In this document: one piece after another, positions 9,785-15,268 of the stretch
Layout of the letters: the number at the start of each line of letters is the position of its first letter
Numbering within the stretch: position 1 is the stretch's first letter
Assembly: GCF_006345805.1 (NCBI RefSeq)
Contig: NW_021825571.1
Coordinates: forward strand, 1-15,268
Length of the DNA stretch: 15,268 nucleotides
Direction: 5' to 3'
Origin: Octopus sinensis
Lineage: Eukaryota
Notes under the pieces: generated by a model
Seen by the model: only the letters and a program-made list of their open reading frames with translations
What the model was told of the DNA's origin: nothing
Databases searched by the model: none
Translations under genes and position numbers: made by a program

Positions 9785-9830
9785 AACACAACGTTTCTGC
9801 TGATATACCCTCCAGCCTTCATCAGGTGTC
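9785..9830 (-). ncRNA. Minimal type I hammerhead ribozyme motif (helix II closing pair mutated)
   Basis: Minus strand: GACAC CTGATGA A GGCTG gagggtatat CAGCA GAAAC GT T GTGTT. Helix I is GACAC/GTGTT, both core boxes are intact, and helix III is the palindrome ACGT. Confidence 0.75.
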
Positions 9831-9883
9831 TTGGGGAAATTTTCGAGCCTGGGTTCTCATTACCTAAGGTATTTTCGATATTA

Positions 9884-9938
<55 letters not shown>

Positions 9939-9943
9939 TTATT

Positions 9944-10018
9944 AAGGTCACTGCCTGGAATCGAACTCGGAATCTTGGGGTTAGTAGCCCGCGCTCTTAA
10001 CCACTACGCCATATGTCC
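9944..10018 (-). promoter_or_regulatory. tRNA-derived Pol III head (A and B boxes); not a functional tRNA
   Basis: Minus strand: GGACATA TGGCGTAGTGG TTAAGAGCGCGGG CTACTAA CCCCAAGATTCC GAGTTCGATTCC AGGCAGTGACC. A-box at 10011-10001, B-box at 9968-9957, with an anticodon-like loop. The acceptor stem does not pair. Confidence 0.85.
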
Positions 10019-10139
10019 GAGGGCATATAATAATAATAATAATGATGATGATGATGATAATGATGAGGATGATGATGATGATGATGATGATATCGAAAAA
10101 TACCTTAGGAATGAGAACCCAGGTTCGAAATTTCCCCAA

Positions 10140-10185
10140 GACTCCTGATGAAGGCTGGAGGGTATATCAGTCGAAACGTTGTGTT
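10140..10185 (+). ncRNA. Minimal type I hammerhead ribozyme motif
   Basis: GACTC CTGATGA A GGCTG gagggtatat CAGTC GAAAC GT T GTGTT. CUGAUGA at 10145-10151, GAAA at 10173-10176, helix II has 5 bp with one GU pair, predicted cleavage after 10180, one mismatch in helix I. Confidence 0.8.
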
Positions 10186-10289
10186 AACAACTAACAAGAT
10201 ATGGACAAATATCCATCGAATGTAAATAATGTAAATAATATGTATATTGATATTTATATACAACTAATCTACTCATCACAATCAATTAC

Positions 10290-10821
10290 AGATATATGTG
10301 TATGTGTGTATTACACACATACACACACATTCACATATATATTTCAACTACCTTGAGTGTGTATATATATAGATATTGCGACATATGTACGCACGCTTAC
10401 ATAAATATATCTTTCCCTCTCACCATACAAACATTCATACATACACACATATAAACATACGTTTAACTATAAGTGTAACATTTATATACATACATCTTTC
10501 TCTGCACATATACACACACACTCACTCACATACACACACACGCACACACACACACATATATGTGCGTGCATATGTAAACACTAATACATATGTACGTACA
10601 CCTACATGCATACATCTCTCTCTCTCTCTCCCGTCACACATATATATATACACATACATATATTTATATATACACACATACATATACATACATATATATA
10701 TATATATGCATACATACACACACACATATATACATACACATTCATATACATATATATATATATATCTACATATATACATATACACTCAGACTCACATACA
10801 CACATATATGTGTGTGTACAT

Positions 10822-10855
<34 letters not shown>

Positions 10856-11075
10856 GCATATACATATATATAGATATACATGCAGGCATACGTTTAGCTA
10901 TAAGCATAACGTTTACATATATGCATCAATCAATCTCTTCTCCATCACACATACACACACACACTCTGTCTCTCTCCCTCTTTCTCTCCCTCTCTGTGTG
11001 TCTTTCTCTCTCCTTTTATCTCTCTCCCCATCACTCGCTTTCTTTCCACCCCACCCCCTCTCTCTCTCTCTCGCT
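10290..11075. repeat. Compound (CA)n/(TA)n/(CT)n microsatellite field
   Basis: Visible directly. Confidence 0.95.
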
Positions 11076-11499
11076 ACTATTTTCATTCTTCTTATCCGTT
11101 TATATCCATCTTTGGTTGTTATTTCTGTTTACCCTTTTTAATGGCGAAGATTACAAGACTCGTTAAATGTCAGAGGTTAAAAGCCAAATCAAGACCTGAG
11201 TAATTCCAAGCAATTTAGCCAATAAACACAACACCACAATATAAATAGGCACCAAGACAGATCACCTAAGACATTAATATCTTGGTGTTCTTAGCGAGAC
11301 ACGGACCACTAATTTGGTCGAGTTTTTTTAAAGTTATTTTTGTATTTTATTTATTTTTTTGTTGCTATGGAAATGTTGAAAGTCACTGCAATCATTATCA
11401 TGTGGACCAAATCAAAAAAAAAAAAAAAAAGGAATAGAAGAAATGCGAAAACAACATCTATTATCGTTTTACTACACATACTTTGCCACCATCTGTCTC

Positions 11500-11703
11500 G
11501 TCATCGCATCACCGTCGTCATTGTTGTTTTCGTTGCCGTTGTAGTTGTCATCGCCGTCGTCGTCGTTGTCATCAATGTCGTCATCATTATCACAGCCATC
11601 ATTATCTATATCAGCTTCATGCTGCATCACCACCACCACCACCATCATCATCATAATCATCATCATCATCATCGTCATCATCATCATCGTCGTCGTCGTC
11701 GTT

Positions 11704-11747
<44 letters not shown>

Positions 11748-12280
11748 CGTCGTTATCATCATCATCGTCATCATCGTCATCAGAATCAGCACCATCCCAC
11801 CACTGCCATCACCCCACTGCAACCTCTACCAAAACCAACATTGTCACCACCACCACCACCACCACCACCATTATTCCACTGTTACCTCTTTTAAAACCAA
11901 CCCTATCACCACCACCACCACCACCACCACCAAGACCTCTGTCACTCTCACCGCGGCTACCAACATTATCACCACCACCACTATCAACACCAGCGGTAGC
12001 GCCATCGCCACTCCCCACACAATACCATATTCACCACTTCACTATCAACAGCAGCAGCACCACCACCACCTTCACCACACCATCACCACCACCAACAGCA
12101 CCACAGCACCCCAGCGCCACCACCTTCGACACCACCACCACCACCACCACCACTCCACACCCTGCATTAGCACCATATCTATCATTTCTATCACCTCTGA
12201 CACACCATTATCACTAATACCCACCCCACGTCATACATCAAATACCCACCCCTCATACCCTCCACCCAACTCCGTCTAAA
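11500..12280. repeat. Degenerate trinucleotide low-complexity block (CGT/CAT then CAC/CCA)
   Basis: (CAT)n core at ~11630-11790 and (CAC)n-rich 11840-12160. It produces poly-H/poly-I/poly-T ORFs in several frames. Confidence 0.93.
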
Positions 12281-12639
12281 CACCACAAGGATTATAATCA
12301 CGAGCATCAAACCTGACCCCTTCGTCGCCACAATCACCGCGACAATGAAAATGGCTCCTAGTATGATAGTTGAGCAAAGGAGTAAGTTCAACAAACAAAG
12401 GGTCGCTTTTAAAAGACGAAGGACAAAAGAAAGATTAAAAAAGTGGACAAACGAACAAAATGGCCGATTCTTTTAACCGGAAGTGTGAGGTTGAGTGGTG
12501 TTGAAAGTTGATATTTCCGGTGTTGAAAGGGGTGAAAAATACATAACTAAACAAAATAGAGTAATACCTTGTAGAATATAAATAGATTAGTTTTCGATAA
12601 TGAGAAGGAAAGAAAAGGAGGGGATAATTTTTATACAAT

Positions 12640-13200
12640 CAATTACAGAAGAAAAAGAAACGAGAGAGAGGTGGGGGTGAGAGAAAAAAAGGAAAAGAGA
12701 GGGCCAGAAAGATAGAGGGAGAGAGAAAGAGAAAGAGATAGATAGATAGAGAGAAACGGAGGAAGTGAGAGAGAAAGAGATAGGGGAGAAAAACAGAGGG
12801 AGAGAGAGGGTGAGAAAAAAGAAAAAGAAAGAGCCAGAAAGATAGAGGAAGAGAGAAAAAGAGGAAGAGAGAAAGATAAAGATAAAGAAATAGATAGATA
12901 GATAGAGAGAAACAGAGGAAGTAAGGGAGATATAGGGGAGAAAACAGAGAGAGAGAGAGAAAGATAGGTGAGAGAGAAACGGAGGAAGAGAGACAGAGAG
13001 AAAGATAGAGGGAGAGAGAAACAGAGGAAGTGAGAGAGAGAGAGAGAGAGAGGGACAGAGAAAGATAGGGAAGAGAGAAATGGAGGAAATGAGAAAGAGA
13101 GAGAGAAAGATAGAGTGAAAAAGAGAAAGAGAAAGATAGAGGGAAACAGAAACAGAGGAAGAAAGACAGAATGAAAGAGAAACAGAGAAAGTGAGAGAGA
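12640..13200. repeat. Polypurine (GA)-rich tract with internal higher-order repeats
   Basis: Almost pure G/A on the + strand, with a recurrent GAGAAACRGAGGAAG motif. Confidence 0.92.
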
Positions 13201-13427
13201 AACACCCCAACTTCGGTTGTCAAGCAATGGTGGTGGTGGGAGGACAAACAGAGAGACACCGATATATATAATATATATACGACGGGCTTCTTTCAGTTTC
13301 TGTCTACCAAATCCACTCACAAGGCTTTGGTCGGCCCGAGGCTATAGTAGAATACAGGGGCCTAATGTGCCACGCAGTACCATGTGGTTGGGAAGCAAGC
13401 GTATTACCACACAGCCACGCCTGCGCC
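13201..13427 (-). mobile_element. Family A SINE, 3'-truncated, small internal deletion near the B-box; its first 8 bp are duplicated at 14314-14321
   Basis: Minus strand: GGCGCAGGCGTGGCTGTGTGGTAATACGCTTGCTTCCCAACCACATGGT...CTATAGCCTCGGGCCGACCAAAGCCTTGTGAGTGGATTTGGTAGACAGAAACTGAAAGAAGCCCGTCG-(TA)n-..GCTTGACAACCGAAG. Confidence 0.92.
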
Positions 13428-14313
13428 GGATCTTTTCAATTCTGAAGCCAGTTTTTTCAAATTTTTCCTACTGAACCAAACAATTTGAAACTTCGTATAC
13501 TGGTAGAATGTGGGTCAAAGTAAAATTAATTGAAACCAGAATGAAAACGGAATTGTAACTTCTAAGTTTAACGTTGTTTAATAATTAGAATTTTAACCAA
13601 TGATATTCCGTCATTCGGCTTTATTTTATTTACTCCGTCTCGACCACCAATTTGGTGACGTATTAAACATCTTAAATGTAAACAAGCCGCATGTCTCCGT
13701 GAAATCTCCTTCTAATTATTAACGTACTATGTTTCCAGGATCCTATAGTCAGCCCACTTCTAATAAAATTTAAAACTAGTTATATAAGCCACATGTATTA
13801 AATTGAAAATGTTTCCATTCTGTTAGTACTTGCTTTCGTTTGCTATTAAGAAGTGGCATCTCAGTGACGAGGCTTCTAACAAGATTTCTTGGTTTCTAAG
13901 CTAATGCGTTTCATTTCACTTATTGTATTTATTTGTGCAAAAGGCAAGAAATTTAATATTAAAAAAGCAAAGAGCTGGAAGAAACGTTAGCACGCCGGGC
14001 GAATGGCGTAAGCCGTATTTCGCTGCCGTTACGTTCTGTGTTTGTTTACAGTTTTCCGAACGTTAGTACGTCACAAAGCGCTTTCTACGTCACACTAATA
14101 GAATGCAGTCAAGTTTTACACATGAAAACAAACAATCTGATTGGTTAAAATTCGCAGTTTTAATCTACGATTAAAGTCATAAAATAGATTTTTCTCAAAT
14201 AAACTATTTCCAACCTGTGTCTTGTTTTGCTAGACTCTATCAGCATACGAAGTTTCAGAATATTTAGTTAAGTAGAAAGATCTGTGGTCCTGGCTTCAGA
14301 ATTGAAAAGATCC
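13428..14313. mobile_element. Non-autonomous TIR DNA transposon (MITE), Merlin-like
   Basis: Perfect 24-bp TIR GGATCTTTTCAATTCTGAAGCCAG (13428-13451; reverse complement at 14290-14313). Imperfect subterminal symmetry: 13486-13507 vs 14236-14257 match 20/22, and TTTTAACCAAT near 13591 pairs with ATTGGTTAAAA near 14140. 8-bp TSD CCTGCGCC at 13420-13427 and 14314-14321. No transposase ORF. Confidence 0.9.
13971..14038 (+). mobile_element. Family B SINE head fragment nested in the MITE
   Basis: GAGCTGGAAGAAACGTTAGCACGCCGGGCGAATGG..GTATTTCGCTGCCGTTACGTTCTG matches the head at 6850-6910 and stops just before the B-box. Confidence 0.85.
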
Positions 14314-14321
14314 CCTGCGCC

Positions 14322-14415
14322 TATATATATATATACACACCCACCCACGTATGTATGTATGTATGTATTATGTATGTATGTATGTATGTATGTAGTTGTA
14401 TGTATGTATAATATA

Positions 14416-14450
<35 letters not shown>
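14322..14450. repeat. (TA)n/(TATG)n microsatellite (internal tract of the adjacent SINE)
   Basis: Visible directly; contiguous with GAAGCCGTCG of the minus-strand SINE at 14451-14567. Confidence 0.9.
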
Positions 14451-14451
<1 letters not shown>

Positions 14452-14567
14452 CGACGGCTTTCTTTCAGTTTCCGTCTACCAAATTCACTCACAAGGTGCT
14501 ACGCAGTAGGACTGGAACCGCAACCATATGGTTGGGAAGCAAGTTCTTACCACACAGCCACTCCCAC
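14451..14567 (-). mobile_element. Family A SINE 5' part with internal deletion
   Basis: Minus strand: GGGAGTGGCTGTGTGGTAAGAACTTGCTTCCCAACCATATGGTTGCGGTTCCAGTCCTACTGCGTAGCACCTTG|TGAGTGAATTTGGTAGACGGAAACTGAAAGAAGCCGTCG. The segment between the two CCTTG motifs is missing. Confidence 0.88.
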
Positions 14568-14679
14568 ATATCTACCAATTATTCAAATACAAATGCGTCT
14601 TTTAATCTCTCATTCTCCGGACACATGTATACGCGTGTATTATAGTTACAACTTTTTCTATCTATGAATCTATTTCCCT

Positions 14680-14713
14680 ACACACACACAGTACATATAG
14701 ATATATATATATA

Positions 14714-14764
<51 letters not shown>

Positions 14765-14920
14765 TCTAATATATATATATATAATATATTATATACAATA
14801 CATATCCATATATACGTATGTATGTATATTTGTATGTATGTATACATACTACACACTACATGAATATCTAACTTATAAATAGTTACACGCCAAGACACAC
14901 ACGAACACACACACACGTCG
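14680..14920. repeat. (TA)n/(CA)n microsatellite
   Basis: Visible directly. Confidence 0.93.
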
Positions 14921-15138
14921 CTAGTCAATCGTAAAGTTTAGGACATCGTTCAAGTAAAATATGAAGTCGTAAAGGGCAAAGTTGCAGCGACCCGTTGAGA
15001 TGATTTGAATGATAAATTGACAGCAAGCGAAGTCCAGTGTTATTTTATTTTCTCCTCGGTCATCGCAAACAATAGGCTTCGATGTGAACAATAGACTTCG
15101 AAATTTCAAGTAAAAGTGCACACAGTTCGAATAGATAT

Positions 15139-15268
15139 AGGCATGGCCAGGAGGTAGGAAGTTTGCTTCCCATGTACAAGGTTCCGGGTTCAATCTCATT
15201 GCGTGAGACCTTGGACAGGTGTCTCCTACTATACCACAGGACGACCAAAGACTTACAAAAGAATTTGG
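15139..15268 (+). mobile_element. Diverged family A SINE 5' part, cut off by the window end
   Basis: GGCATGGCCAGGAGGTAGGAAGTTTGCTTCCC..GGTTCCGGGTTCAATCTC..GACCTTGGACAGGTGTCTCCTACTATA..GACCAAAG..ATTTGG is colinear with 8881-9020. Confidence 0.85.

Larger units (their letters stand above)
9706..10239. mobile_element. Palindromic non-autonomous retroelement: tRNA-like head plus hammerhead-bearing Penelope-like tail, inverted duplication, 16-bp TSD
   Basis: Arms 9731-9881 and 10090-10239 are reverse complements (about 12 differences in 150 bp by manual alignment). Direct repeat AATATGTATATTGATA at 9690-9705 and 10237-10252. Central palindrome ATATGTCC-GA-GGGCATAT at 10011-10028. Confidence 0.85.

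Noticed and set aside
9944-10018. Functional tRNA gene (loop CTACTAA, nominal anticodon ACT)
   Set aside because: The acceptor stem cannot pair (GGACATA vs CAGTGAC), the T-stem is mismatched and there is no oligo-T terminator; it is a SINE-type head.
9731-10239. MITE/DNA transposon interpretation of the 150-bp inverted arms
   Set aside because: The arms are not flush with the TSD (25-bp asymmetry) and contain hammerhead cores and simple-repeat tails. A Pol III head lies at the axis. All of this points to a retroelement, though it is not formally excluded.
12285-12390. Possible exon ending at GA|GTAAGT donor (~12381)
   Set aside because: No convincing acceptor or recognisable peptide (TTRIIITSIKPDPFVATITATMKMAPSMIVEQR); it continues low-complexity sequence.
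10376-13320. ORFs with poly-His/Ile/Thr/Ser-Leu (11340..11894, 11545..12279, 12587..13320)
   Set aside because: Products of trinucleotide and GA repeats. Overlapping frames are equally open and there is no non-repetitive conserved segment.

Overview
This is AT-rich eukaryotic non-coding DNA, intronic or intergenic, dominated by microsatellites and transposon relics. The SINE families and repeat density look like an octopus/coleoid cephalopod genome (inference from recalled repeat families, not a database match). I see no credible host exon, and almost all supplied ORFs are microsatellite artefacts. Supported content: (1) a decayed Helitron RepHel fragment with a Helitron 3' end (~325-1243); (2) a non-autonomous Helitron-like element (5997-7832, A|TC...CTAG|T) containing a 4-copy tandem array of a SINE body; (3) many tRNA-derived SINE copies from at least two families; (4) an 886-bp MITE with perfect 24-bp TIRs and an 8-bp TSD (Merlin-like) inserted in the first 8 bp of a SINE. 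The most interesting feature is a palindromic insertion at 9706-10239 flanked by a 16-bp direct repeat. It consists of a tRNA-like Pol III head, a trinucleotide linker and a ~150-bp tail carrying a minimal Penelope-type hammerhead ribozyme motif. The tail is duplicated in inverted orientation about an axis lying immediately upstream of the predicted +1.
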